Program-made: the position numbers and the translations under genes
Virus record (IMG/VR): IMGVR_UViG_2576861459_000003
Span: 62,001 to 123,854 of that record
Strand: one strand, 5' to 3'
DNA from: an uncultured virus (IMG/VR IMGVR_UViG_2576861459_000003)
Lineage: Duplodnaviria > Heunggongvirae > Uroviricota > Caudoviricetes
DNA length: 61,854 bases
In this document: piece after piece, positions 8,258-17,140 of the stretch
How the letters are laid out: each line of letters opens with the position of its first letter
How positions within the stretch are numbered: the first letter of the stretch is position 1
The notes under the pieces: generated by a model
The model's database searches: none
Seen by the model: the letters and a program-made list of their open reading frames with translations, nothing else
What the model was told of the DNA's origin: nothing

Positions 8258-10144
8258 TTATAGATTAGGCTTATATGTGTTGATTATTGGTTTGAAGCTT
8301 TTTTTATTTAGATAACCTAAAACCTCATCGAATTGTCTTTTGTCGCAAGAGTGGTACTTACTATGAATTATTTTCATTCCATCTGGTTCAACCTCTACAT
8401 TATTCAATACTGTTTCGGGCAGCGAGTGCCACCCTTTGAACATCAATAATTCTGAGTAGAAGTGACGGTAATATAATTTTCTTTTATTTTCAGGGCGGTA
8501 TGTCAACTTCACTGCATTATCATATTGGGCATATTTAGTTGGCCGGTAACTGTCATACGTTATTCTTTCAGTAATTAAAGATCCAAGATCAGATATGTAA
8601 AACAGAGTATATTTTTCACCTTTTTCAAGATCAGCATTTTTAAATTGTTCTTGAATGCTGTCAACTTCATGGAGAATTCTGTATAACGAAATTTTCAATT
8701 CTTCTATATCTACTTGTTGGATAATTTTTTTCTTCAACTTCAAACTTTTAAACTTCAACTTTTCTTTAAATAAAGATTTATATTTGCTCCAGTCTTCCTT
8801 TTTCCAGGTCTTATGTATATTTAATTCTTCAATTACCGAAGTTGAAATATCTTCCAACACATCTGCTTGATATTTTAACTCCTCTAATTCTCCTTCTTTT
8901 ATCGCTTGTTTATGAGAAATTGACTTTTCAATTTTTGCATTGTCCACTAAACCAACGTATCTTGCATAAGAATGGCCTTGAGCGTCTAAAATAAATTGCA
9001 ATTTCCCGCCGTAGTACACTCCTACGCCATATAAATTCCATTTGACTGTGTTCTTTTCTAGATCGTCCATATTGTAATAATCAATCATTGAGTTGATTCT
9101 GTTGTCCTCCGTAAAGCTTCCACCGGTTTCCGCAAGAAAATCAAAATCATTTAAAAGCATGTTAGAAAAGTTGTTTAAAGCTTCTTCAGTATTGAAATGT
9201 ACTTCTTTTGTAATTTTCACATTTTCAAGTCTGTAGTCACCTTTAGCAACCTCATCTTTATATTGATCAAGTGTTTGATTTTTGTTTAAGTTGGCAAACT
9301 GTGCATCAATAACAAAATACTCTTGATCTTCATTCAGTTGTTTTACTACAATGCTGCTATAGATATTTTCGGCTTGTTTCTTTTCTTCTTCTTGCCGTCT
9401 CTTATATTCAGCATTTTTGATTTCTTGTTCTTTTAAATATTCCTGCAGTTCTTTTTCTTTTCTCGCTTTCTCGGCTTCTTTGAATTCTTCCATCTTTGAA
9501 TCAAACAGAGTCATATCTTCTTTAATTTCTTCTGTTTGTTCTGTCACTGTATATTCCCAATCTAATGAAACACGACCATAAAAGTTGTAGCTACCTGCGT
9601 AATCAGTGTATGGATCTGCTGGGCTGTAGCAATGGCGATAATTGTTTAAAAGACTGTTGCAATAATCATAAATCGCAGTCAAATAAACTGACCCTTTTTC
9701 ATATGGGCTTGATTTGATTGTGATGTTAATAGTGCTATGTGAATAGCTTCCCCCAGTAGTAACAGAGAATTTACATTGTGGGAAACGTTGTCTTATATGC
9801 TTTCTTATTTCCTTTGCCATTTCTTTTACTTCTTGTTCCTTATTTACTTCTAATTCACTGCATTGTGTTGCATCCCACAGACTCATTTTTACACCCTTAG
9901 CTTTCTTTTTGGTTTTTGTGATTGTTTTAGATGATGAGATTTCTTGTTTAGTAACACCATTAGCGACTTGCATTGATTTTTCTGTCCGTTTGCTCCACCA
10001 GCATTTTTTGAATCCAGAGTATCGAAAACCGTTTGATTTAAGATGAGTTAAAACCTCTTGTTCTGGTTTACTATCAAAATATAGTTCAATTCCATTTAAC
10101 TCTTCATTAATTCTTAAAACAGCTGTCATTTTCAACCTCTCCAT
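8258..10144 (-). CDS. Large polyvalent protein with LPD29-like domain
   Basis: N-terminal GIELYF.SKP...GFR....KCWW module; AKEIRKHIRQRFPQCKFSVTT..STINITI LPD29-like segment. Confidence 0.7.
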   Translation of the reverse strand: MERLKMTAVLRINEELNGIELYFDSKPEQEVLTHLKSNGFRYSGFKKCWWSKRTEKSMQVANGVTKQEISSSKTITKTKKKAKGVKMSLWDATQCSELEVNKEQEVKEMAKEIRKHIRQRFPQCKFSVTTGGSYSHSTINITIKSSPYEKGSVYLTAIYDYCNSLLNNYRHCYSPADPYTDYAGSYNFYGRVSLDWEYTVTEQTEEIKEDMTLFDSKMEEFKEAEKARKEKELQEYLKEQEIKNAEYKRRQEEEKKQAENIYSSIVVKQLNEDQEYFVIDAQFANLNKNQTLDQYKDEVAKGDYRLENVKITKEVHFNTEEALNNFSNMLLNDFDFLAETGGSFTEDNRINSMIDYYNMDDLEKNTVKWNLYGVGVYYGGKLQFILDAQGHSYARYVGLVDNAKIEKSISHKQAIKEGELEELKYQADVLEDISTSVIEELNIHKTWKKEDWSKYKSLFKEKLKFKSLKLKKKIIQQVDIEELKISLYRILHEVDSIQEQFKNADLEKGEKYTLFYISDLGSLITERITYDSYRPTKYAQYDNAVKLTYRPENKRKLYYRHFYSELLMFKGWHSLPETVLNNVEVEPDGMKIIHSKYHSCDKRQFDEVLGYLNKKSFKPIINTYKPNL

Positions 10145-10200
10145 TCTTTATAACTATTTTATTTTTATCTTAAATGTATGTAATCCTTTGACTTGATTTA

Positions 10201-10251
10201 ATTTTAACATGATCACTTAAAATAATCAATAGTTATTTTATTTTTATTCTA
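10201..10251 (-). promoter_or_regulatory. sigmaA promoter TTGATT-17-TAAAAT with XRE-type operator (10210-10228) and A-rich repeated element (10234-10251)
   Basis: Same architecture as the promoter at 6534-6584. Confidence 0.7.
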
Positions 10252-10438
10252 AATAAAGAAAATCCTATTATCGAGGTTCAGCTTGCTGAAACGAGACGGC
10301 CGTAAAGGTACTTTACGGACGAATTTATTATTTTTTTTATTTAATTATTACCCCTCTTCCCCTTTAAGGGACACACCCCTCAAACCCTTGGGACAGTTGA
10401 CTTTTTTTTATGATTTATTGCTTTATTTGCAATAAGGG

Positions 10439-11671
10439 TTATAAATCATTATTTAACCAATCAATAAACATTAACCTCATTCTTCTTGATGGAATGTAAA
10501 TTGAAATCGAATCATTATTTCTTATGCTACTTCTCCATATCCATTGAATCATCTCTGAAAGGGCAAAATAAGTCTCATCAACTTTAACACCCTTAGAGCT
10601 AAAATATTCAACTAATAATGGATTACAATAACGGTTAATAGCATAAACCAGTGTATTTTTATGACTATGTTCATTTGTAGACCGGATATTACATGGTATG
10701 AACCCCTTAGTATATCCCTTGCCTGAAAGCCTTGGTTTATAATCAATAAACGTTGTCCACATATTAAAGTTTGATTTAGACTTACATATGTTCTGAAAGT
10801 AATTCAGGATATTATTCTGCAGTCGTTTATGTAAAACCCTTTTGTTTCTGTACCATCCTTTTGATAAAGAGTACTTTTCTTCACCGATTTTATTAAGATC
10901 ACCATCATATACATTTATCTTGTTTTTAATTTTATTCTTAATATGATTGTCTGCTGCTGAATCATACGGCACACACTTATATTTTCCATTATCTTTTTTA
11001 ATCATATATTTCTCATAAGGAATATTGTTTAAATCATAATAATACTTCTGTAACTGCCCATCGAACAGATATGTTAAGTTGTATACTTCTTTAAACAATT
11101 TGAATATGTCAGCAGGAAAGTTCCAGAGTATGACTGAATCATTATGTAATATTAAATTATTATTTAATGCAAGCTGCTTCAAGTGTTTAAACTCTCCATC
11201 ATATTCCCTTTGCATATTCTTTTCTTGTTCCATGTTCCAAATTAATCGGTCGTCTTTATTAATTATCCAGTTATTTTTAAATAACATATCCAGGTCATCT
11301 GCAGATATGTTTAACTGCTTTACAACCTCTATTGCTTCATCCAGTATCAAAGTATAATTACCTGAATAGATGAGTTCTTTTGTTGTCTCATTTGCCATCT
11401 TAAAGAGTGCGTGTGTAGTTGCTATATTCTTATTATCTGAAAGGTGTTTATGTAATGAGTCTAGCTTATAAAATGTTTCTCCGTTTACGCTGTGTATCTT
11501 AGGTTCAATAAACTTCTTATCTGGACACGCTTCCTTTATCCTCTTTACCTCATCAAGATATGGTGTAATAAAAATAAACTTATCTTCTTTGGGTGCTTCA
11601 TTCATCTTTTGAATCATACAGCTTGTCTTACCTGATCCCATTATAGAATCAATTATTTTAATTTTATTCAT
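10439..11671 (-). CDS. yonV: YonV-like P-loop SF2 helicase-like protein
   Basis: Walker A DSIMGSGKT, ILDEA, QWIWRSSIR; position next to yonU/yoyJ/yonT. Confidence 0.8.
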   Translation of the reverse strand: MNKIKIIDSIMGSGKTSCMIQKMNEAPKEDKFIFITPYLDEVKRIKEACPDKKFIEPKIHSVNGETFYKLDSLHKHLSDNKNIATTHALFKMANETTKELIYSGNYTLILDEAIEVVKQLNISADDLDMLFKNNWIINKDDRLIWNMEQEKNMQREYDGEFKHLKQLALNNNLILHNDSVILWNFPADIFKLFKEVYNLTYLFDGQLQKYYYDLNNIPYEKYMIKKDNGKYKCVPYDSAADNHIKNKIKNKINVYDGDLNKIGEEKYSLSKGWYRNKRVLHKRLQNNILNYFQNICKSKSNFNMWTTFIDYKPRLSGKGYTKGFIPCNIRSTNEHSHKNTLVYAINRYCNPLLVEYFSSKGVKVDETYFALSEMIQWIWRSSIRNNDSISIYIPSRRMRLMFIDWLNNDL

Positions 11672-11750
11672 AATATATACAGACTTCCCCTTTAATATTA
11701 AAAATAAAGGAACGGATAAATGTTTTACCGCTCCTTCTCATATATGAAAT

Positions 11751-11990
11751 TCAATTATTGATCCTTTCTTCAAGATCATGAATACGTCTTTCAAGACCAG
11801 AGAATTTCTTATCGTTGTATCGGTGATCACTTTCAATATTCTTGTTAATAATCTTAAGCATAGACACAACCTCTTCAGGTTCATTTTCTTCGATCCGTTT
11901 AACCGTTTCTTTAATATCCTTAACGTCCTGCTTAATTGTGTTAATATCCTTGGATAGTTGCTGTATCGCTTCAAGGATCTGATTTTCCAT
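11751..11990 (-). CDS. YonU-like coiled-coil protein
   Basis: MENQILEAIQQLSKD N-terminus; RBS GAGGTG; third gene of the yonT operon. Confidence 0.65.
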   Translation of the reverse strand: MENQILEAIQQLSKDINTIKQDVKDIKETVKRIEENEPEEVVSMLKIINKNIESDHRYNDKKFSGLERRIHDLEERINN

Positions 11991-12040
11991 TCCGCTCACC
12001 TCTATTAAGCATAGTATAGCATGATGTCAGTTAGATTTGT

Positions 12041-12244
12041 TTACCTTCTTTTGGCGTATACAAAGTAAGCGATCCATAACAAAATGACAATGATACACGT
12101 TACTATGAAGATAGCCGTAATAAGCGACTGTATTCCGCTGCTGAAGTAATCTTTGATGAAGAGGAACAATAAGAATAAAACAACAAATGTTATGTTCGTA
12201 AACCATAATGAGAATCGTTTCATCTTTACAATGTGCTTGTCCAT
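12041..12244 (-). CDS. yoyJ: YoyJ-like two-TM toxin
   Basis: Two hydrophobic helices; directly downstream of yonT. Confidence 0.65.
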   Translation of the reverse strand: MDKHIVKMKRFSLWFTNITFVVLFLLFLFIKDYFSSGIQSLITAIFIVTCIIVILLWIAYFVYAKRR

Positions 12245-12252
12245 GTTATAAT
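12225..12252 (+). promoter_or_regulatory. Antisense sigmaA promoter TTTACA-16-TATAAT (TGn extended) for the SR6-like antitoxin RNA
   Basis: Read directly; fires across the yoyJ leader and yonT 3' end. Confidence 0.75.
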
Positions 12253-12257
12253 ATGGG

Positions 12258-12360
12258 TAGTGACTAAAGGGGAATTAATCCCCTTTAGCGTGTTATCTGC
12301 GTATACGTTTGCGTTGTCTCTTGCTACGGAGGCGCTTGCGTGTACGCTTTTTCTTTTTGC
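12258..12360 (+). ncRNA. SR6-like antisense antitoxin RNA (ends approximate)
   Basis: Promoter above; hairpin CTAAAGGGG-AATTAAT-CCCCTTTAG; GCGTGTACGC followed by a T-run; complementary to the yonT 3' end. Confidence 0.65.
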
Positions 12361-12472
12361 TTTTCTTATTCTTCATCAGGTTTTGAATCTTCTCAGCTAT
12401 CGTTAAACAGTTGATGATTAAAACCGTGATAGGAATAAGGAAAGCAATTGTTATACCCACTTTCTCAAGCAC
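12293..12472 (-). CDS. yonT: Type I toxin YonT (TM helix plus Arg/Lys-rich tail)
   Basis: GTG start after GGAAAGGAGG; MLEKVGITIAFLIPITVLIINCLTIAEK...KKKRTRKRLRSKRQRKRIRR. Confidence 0.9.
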   Translation of the reverse strand: MLEKVGITIAFLIPITVLIINCLTIAEKIQNLMKNKKSKKKKRTRKRLRSKRQRKRIRR

Positions 12473-13424
12473 TATGTACACCTCCTTTCCTATAACTCTA
12501 TTATAGCACATTTCCCTTTCAAAGTCATTTTATTTTTACTCTTAAAATGGATTTTTTTAAATTATTTTGGCACTATTATTCATGGCTATTTATAGGCTGT
12601 ATAAGGCGTGTATGTGGATTGGATACCAATGATACTATGATTAAATTAAAATTGATTCTAGGTGGATTAGAATGCTTCTGATGATGTGTGCTTAGTGTGT
12701 AAGTGTGTATAGGATGGATATATGATGTATGGTGAAGGAAACGGATAGAGATGAGGACAAGCAAGGTTATGGGTGGATATAATGAGAAGGAATATGGTTA
12801 GGATGAATATAAAATAGGTGTATGAATTGATGAGTAAATTGCATAGATAAAAAATAAGACTTCGATTTGCTTCCTTTCGTTATATACACGATTATTTTAA
12901 TGAATGGGTATTCACTTTTAAATTGACCGCTTAATTATTTTTTCAAAAATATATATTGTTTTTCATTTGAAATTGTGTTAGCTGTGCAAATTTATCAGCC
13001 AAAACATAAAAACCCTACATAACGTATCTTATATAGGGAATTAAATACCAATATATAGGGGGTATATTAACATCTAAAGGCCAAAAAATAAGAACAAATG
13101 TACCCCTAGCACTTCCATTTCCACGCCCAACTTATTTTTTCACTTTCCCATTTTTCAGCCTATTTTCACATCGTAATCGCTATCGTAAAAGCCTATAATA
13201 TTAATGTTTTTCCACCCCTTATTCTCCCCTTTTTCATCAAATTTTTAACTCAACGTCCACTTTTCCTCTCTCCTGTCTACGTTTTACGATCACAAACCAC
13301 CTTTTATCCCCTTTGACAGCTCTAAATCATTGCTATATCAACTAAATAACCCTTTCCAACAATCATTACGATAAGTACTTTTTTTAGCTCACGAACACTA
13401 AGGGGGTCATAAAAAATCAAAATA

Positions 13425-13449
13425 AAAAAGCCACCTTAATTGGCAGCTT
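13425..13449 (-). terminator. Intrinsic terminator after the tubulin-like gene
   Basis: GCCA/TGGC hairpin with A-run on the plus strand (U-run on the minus strand). Confidence 0.55.
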
Positions 13450-13459
13450 CCCTTTAAAA

Positions 13460-14572
13460 TTAGCGCTTTAGTCTCTTCAGCGCCTCCATATACGAGGTCT
13501 TTTTCGATTCCTTGTTCTCCAGTTTCTTCGGTTTAAATAAATCCTCTCTACGGCGATTCTTCGCTTTATAAACAGTTGTTTCTTTAACTTCAGTGTTCCC
13601 ATTTTCAATTAAATCATCTAACTGCTTCATTCGCTCATTGATCCAGGTTAATCCACTAAGAATCGTTATCGCCCTATTACCTTTATCATAATGCCCTTTA
13701 AATAAGTCTAGGGGCATCTTGTTATCAAAGACATTAAACAGCTCATTATACGATATATGCTCCGTTAAGAACTCATGAACATCCAGAATGACTCCAGCTC
13801 TCATCACATTTGTAAACTCAACAGGAGTGAAAATCGAATTGTTCCACGACTTTTGTATATCTTCATGCAGCTTATCAAAATACTTACCCTCATTTGTAAA
13901 TTCATTGAGGTCTGTTTGAGCAATAGTCATGATTCCTGGTGTGTCAAAAAGCTGATTTAAATCCTTCCTGTCTAATGTACTGATCTTTGATCCTCTGTCC
14001 GTGTAATTGAGTAAGACTTCGATTAAATCAAGGAACATCTTGTTTGTCTCCTTGTATAGTCTGCTTTCAGAAATCTTCCCTTCATATTTGCTCAAAACCA
14101 TTTGATTATCCAAAGGTAAGACACAGGTCTCTGGCATAGATAAGTCATCAAGTAACTCCAGTGTATTCATCTGGTTAACCAATACCTCATTATTGTCAGG
14201 AAGGATTGGTACAGCAACTATTGTTTTATGTGTAAGACATTCGTTTAACAATTCTAATAATATAGGGGCTACTCCTGAACCGGTTCCACCAGCTGCAGAG
14301 AAAACTACGAAAATAACTTGTACTGAAGGCTTTTCCATTGTGTTCTTTATGAACTCAATAGAGGACTCCCAGTTATTTTTCATATGTTTCGCTGCTACGC
14401 TTCTGTCTTTACCCACTCCTTCTGTTCCGACCAAATGCAACTTATCTTGAATATTGACCAATGAATTAAGGTCTGAAAGTGAATAATTTATTGCGACAGT
14501 ATGAAATCCTCTCTTCATTGCTTCATCTGCTACACTTCCGCCGGCCTGACCAACTCCAATAAATCCAAACAT
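13460..14572 (-). CDS. Tubulin/FtsZ-family GTPase (TubZ-like)
   Basis: GVGQAGGSV N-terminal motif, GVGKDR, AGGTGSG tubulin signature, LDNQ, T7-like LDRKD, basic C-terminal tail. Confidence 0.9.
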   Translation of the reverse strand: MFGFIGVGQAGGSVADEAMKRGFHTVAINYSLSDLNSLVNIQDKLHLVGTEGVGKDRSVAAKHMKNNWESSIEFIKNTMEKPSVQVIFVVFSAAGGTGSGVAPILLELLNECLTHKTIVAVPILPDNNEVLVNQMNTLELLDDLSMPETCVLPLDNQMVLSKYEGKISESRLYKETNKMFLDLIEVLLNYTDRGSKISTLDRKDLNQLFDTPGIMTIAQTDLNEFTNEGKYFDKLHEDIQKSWNNSIFTPVEFTNVMRAGVILDVHEFLTEHISYNELFNVFDNKMPLDLFKGHYDKGNRAITILSGLTWINERMKQLDDLIENGNTEVKETTVYKAKNRRREDLFKPKKLENKESKKTSYMEALKRLKR

Positions 14573-14856
14573 TAAACCCTCTCCCCCTCTAATTGATATC
14601 TCAAAGCTTCTTGTCCATATTGAGTAATAAAAACTGTATGCTCTTTGCTATTTTTCACTATATTAATAAACTGCAAGGCCTCAAGACGATCGATGCTCTT
14701 TCTAAAGGTGGCTTCAGTTAACTGAGTTTTTGCTTGAATGGTTTTCTTCCTAATTGATTTAAACTTTAAATCTGCCCCTTCATCGCTCAATAAGCCTAGA
14801 ATATACAAATCATTTCGGGTTAAATTATCAATGACTGAATCAAAATAAGTATCCAT
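14572..14856 (-). CDS. Winged-helix DNA-binding protein (TubR-like partner), start MDTYFDS
   Basis: RBS AAGGAGGGG before ATG 14856; wHTH pattern LTEATFRKSIDRLEALQFI..FITQYG; TAATG overlap with the tubulin gene. Confidence 0.75.
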   Translation of the reverse strand: MDTYFDSVIDNLTRNDLYILGLLSDEGADLKFKSIRKKTIQAKTQLTEATFRKSIDRLEALQFINIVKNSKEHTVFITQYGQEALRYQLEGERV

Positions 14857-14922
14857 GTAACCCCTCCTTAATATCTGATGATTTTGAAGTATCTTGGTTG
14901 ATATACGATTATTATATTGTCT

Positions 14923-14964
14923 ATTTGTATTTAAATGCAAATATTTTTGTATCTTAATGCAAAT
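14923..14964. repeat. Tandem quasi-palindromic repeats TTTGTAT(TTA/CTT)AATGCAAAT, 22-bp period
   Basis: Copies start at 14924 and 14946, upstream of the wHTH gene. Confidence 0.7.
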
Positions 14965-15034
14965 AATCACACTCTGCTTGTATGTAAACCAGTCATTTTA
15001 TAAAATTTATTCAAACAGTAAAAGGATGATTTAG

Positions 15035-15271
15035 ATGGAATATAGGGTTAAAAGTAAGTTGGATTCATTTCTAAGCAGCAAAGGTATCGAAAAAGGCTGG
15101 TTAGCAGAGCAAATAAAAGCTGAAAGAGCAAGTATATCTAGATGGTGTAAAAATGACAGCGAGGGATTTGCAACCGTCCTCCCTAGTACATACAATCTTT
15201 TATTGATGGCACATGTTCTAAATTGTAAAGTTGACGATCTTTTTGAATTAAGCGAAATTAAATCCAATTAA
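15035..15271 (+). CDS. XRE-family HTH regulator
   Basis: KGWLAEQIKAERASISRWC...AHVLNCKVDDLF. Confidence 0.85.
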   Translation: MEYRVKSKLDSFLSSKGIEKGWLAEQIKAERASISRWCKNDSEGFATVLPSTYNLLLMAHVLNCKVDDLFELSEIKSN

Positions 15272-15286
15272 CTTTGGATTTTTATA

Positions 15287-15315
15287 TTTACAAGAGTAAA
15301 AATAAAATATATAAT
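15287..15315 (+). promoter_or_regulatory. sigmaA promoter TTTACA-17-TATAAT whose spacer is the repeated element AAGAGTAAAAATAAAATA
   Basis: Read directly; drives the yonP-like/RNAP module. Confidence 0.8.
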
Positions 15316-15375
15316 GAAGACACAACCACGTGAAGTGGTCTTTATTTTAATCGTTTTAAGAGTAAAAATAAAATA

Positions 15376-15570
15376 GTGTGGAGGCGTAAGATGAAAAAGC
15401 AGTATTTATTTAGTCATTTATTGGGGTTTATTGAGGGAAAAGTAGTCGATGGTACAGCAACACCCGAAGAAGAATACCTTTATCAGGATTACAAGTGGTA
15501 CGGAAAGATTAATAAGCAAAGCTTTACATATCGAAGTTTAGTAAATCAATATCTTAATAGCGAATATTAA
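15376..15570 (+). CDS. YonP-like small protein (start probably ATG 15391)
   Basis: GGAGG before ATG 15391; position upstream of the RNAP gene. Confidence 0.65.
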   Translation: MWRRKMKKQYLFSHLLGFIEGKVVDGTATPEEEYLYQDYKWYGKINKQSFTYRSLVNQYLNSEY

Positions 15571-15610
15571 GCACTTATAGAGTAAAAATAAAATAATTGG
15601 AGGGGATTGG

Positions 15611-17140
15611 TTGTTAACAGCTAAAGTTGGAGAGAACATAATACGGAGTTTTGATAACAAGTATGATAGATATACCTTAAAGAAGTGGTCAGATAAAAAG
15701 ATCCTAAAATGTCCAGTATGCAACGATACTTATGAATATTGTCACGGTGATATAGTGTCACCTTATTTCAGACATAAAAATAAAAAGTGTAGTGATTTTT
15801 ATAGCGAGCCAGAAACAGACGAACATAGAAAAGGGAAGATCATGCTGTTTAATTGGATTAGTCAGCAGCCAAACATTGATAAATGCGAATTAGAAAAATG
15901 GCTCCCTGAAACTAAGCAAAGGCCTGACATTTATTTTGAGAAAAACGGAAAAAAGTATGTCATTGAATTTCAGTGTTCACCTATAGCTACAGAATTTTTA
16001 AACAGGAAAGAACTCTATAAATTAAACAATATCACTGATATCTGGATTCTAGGAATTGGAAAGTATAATTTAACAAAACATTATGAGGGTTACAATCATA
16101 GTTCACGTTTTAGAATAATTGAAAAAGAGTGCTCATCTAGTTTTGGTCTGTATTACTTAGATACAGATAGTGAAGCATTTTTAATTGGAGACTCTGTGCT
16201 TCATGTTAACAACCTTGAGGTTAATCCATTTACCTTTACTGTTACGGAGTTTATAAAAAAGTATTATCTTAAGCCCAATATTCAAGATGATCTTTTAAAC
16301 CACCTGTCTAGTTTTGATGACCAGATACATTATTACATGCCTGTAAAGACAAAAGACGTTGAATTTAGTGATTCTATTTGTTTAACCTTCGATTTTAAAT
16401 CAAAATACAAAGAAACCATTGATGAGGTAATTGAATCATATTCTAAATATTCATCTCACCTAGAATTCTTGAAGCAATTGAAGGAATTAAAAAAGTCTAT
16501 CAGTATTAGAAAGATAAAAAAAGTCGTTAAATTGTTGAACGATAAATATTGTAATTTTAATCTCTCTTTCGAAATTTCAGGTTTTAATAGTCAATATTAT
16601 ATTTGTTCGATTAATTTTGAAGACTATGTCTTTTTTATAAAGAAAGAACAGATCGATTTTTGTTCTAAACATTACTATTTTTATCCCACCTACAGAAAAA
16701 GAAAAACAGTTTGGAGAGAAGGATATAGACACAAGAACTTAAATTCATTAAAAATTAAATCTGTTTTTGATAACAGTGTTTCTAAATTTATAGAACAATG
16801 TGTAGAACCCTTCATTTCGGAAAGAATAGAAAATGAGTTAAGGTTTCAAAAAAATATGAATATTGTTAAAGACTCTAACCTCAAAATTATTACAAATGAC
16901 TATTGGATAAATAGTAATGAACGATTTAAATATTATAGAAACATAGAAGAAATAAATGAAGAATTTATTAAAAATGAGCTTGTAGAAGATACGGTTAAAT
17001 TTAAAAAGAGTAAAAATATAATATATATGTTTAACGAATCAAATAATATTAATAAAATCATTAACACCCTAAAAGATTTTGGTTTTAACAATGTTGAAAT
17101 GTTATCTAATTGTACTAAGAAAAGAGGTAGTAATCGTTGA
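15611..17140 (+). CDS. CoiA-like protein (Zn-binding N-terminus plus PD-(D/E)XK nuclease domain) with long C-terminal extension
   Basis: CPVC..PYFRH..EPETDEHRKGK..QRPDI..IEFQCS motifs. Confidence 0.8.
   Translation: MLTAKVGENIIRSFDNKYDRYTLKKWSDKKILKCPVCNDTYEYCHGDIVSPYFRHKNKKCSDFYSEPETDEHRKGKIMLFNWISQQPNIDKCELEKWLPETKQRPDIYFEKNGKKYVIEFQCSPIATEFLNRKELYKLNNITDIWILGIGKYNLTKHYEGYNHSSRFRIIEKECSSSFGLYYLDTDSEAFLIGDSVLHVNNLEVNPFTFTVTEFIKKYYLKPNIQDDLLNHLSSFDDQIHYYMPVKTKDVEFSDSICLTFDFKSKYKETIDEVIESYSKYSSHLEFLKQLKELKKSISIRKIKKVVKLLNDKYCNFNLSFEISGFNSQYYICSINFEDYVFFIKKEQIDFCSKHYYFYPTYRKRKTVWREGYRHKNLNSLKIKSVFDNSVSKFIEQCVEPFISERIENELRFQKNMNIVKDSNLKIITNDYWINSNERFKYYRNIEEINEEFIKNELVEDTVKFKKSKNIIYMFNESNNINKIINTLKDFGFNNVEMLSNCTKKRGSNR

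Noticed and set aside
12576..12764. 62-aa His-rich ORF
   Set aside because: By-product of the G/T-rich skewed tract; no RBS
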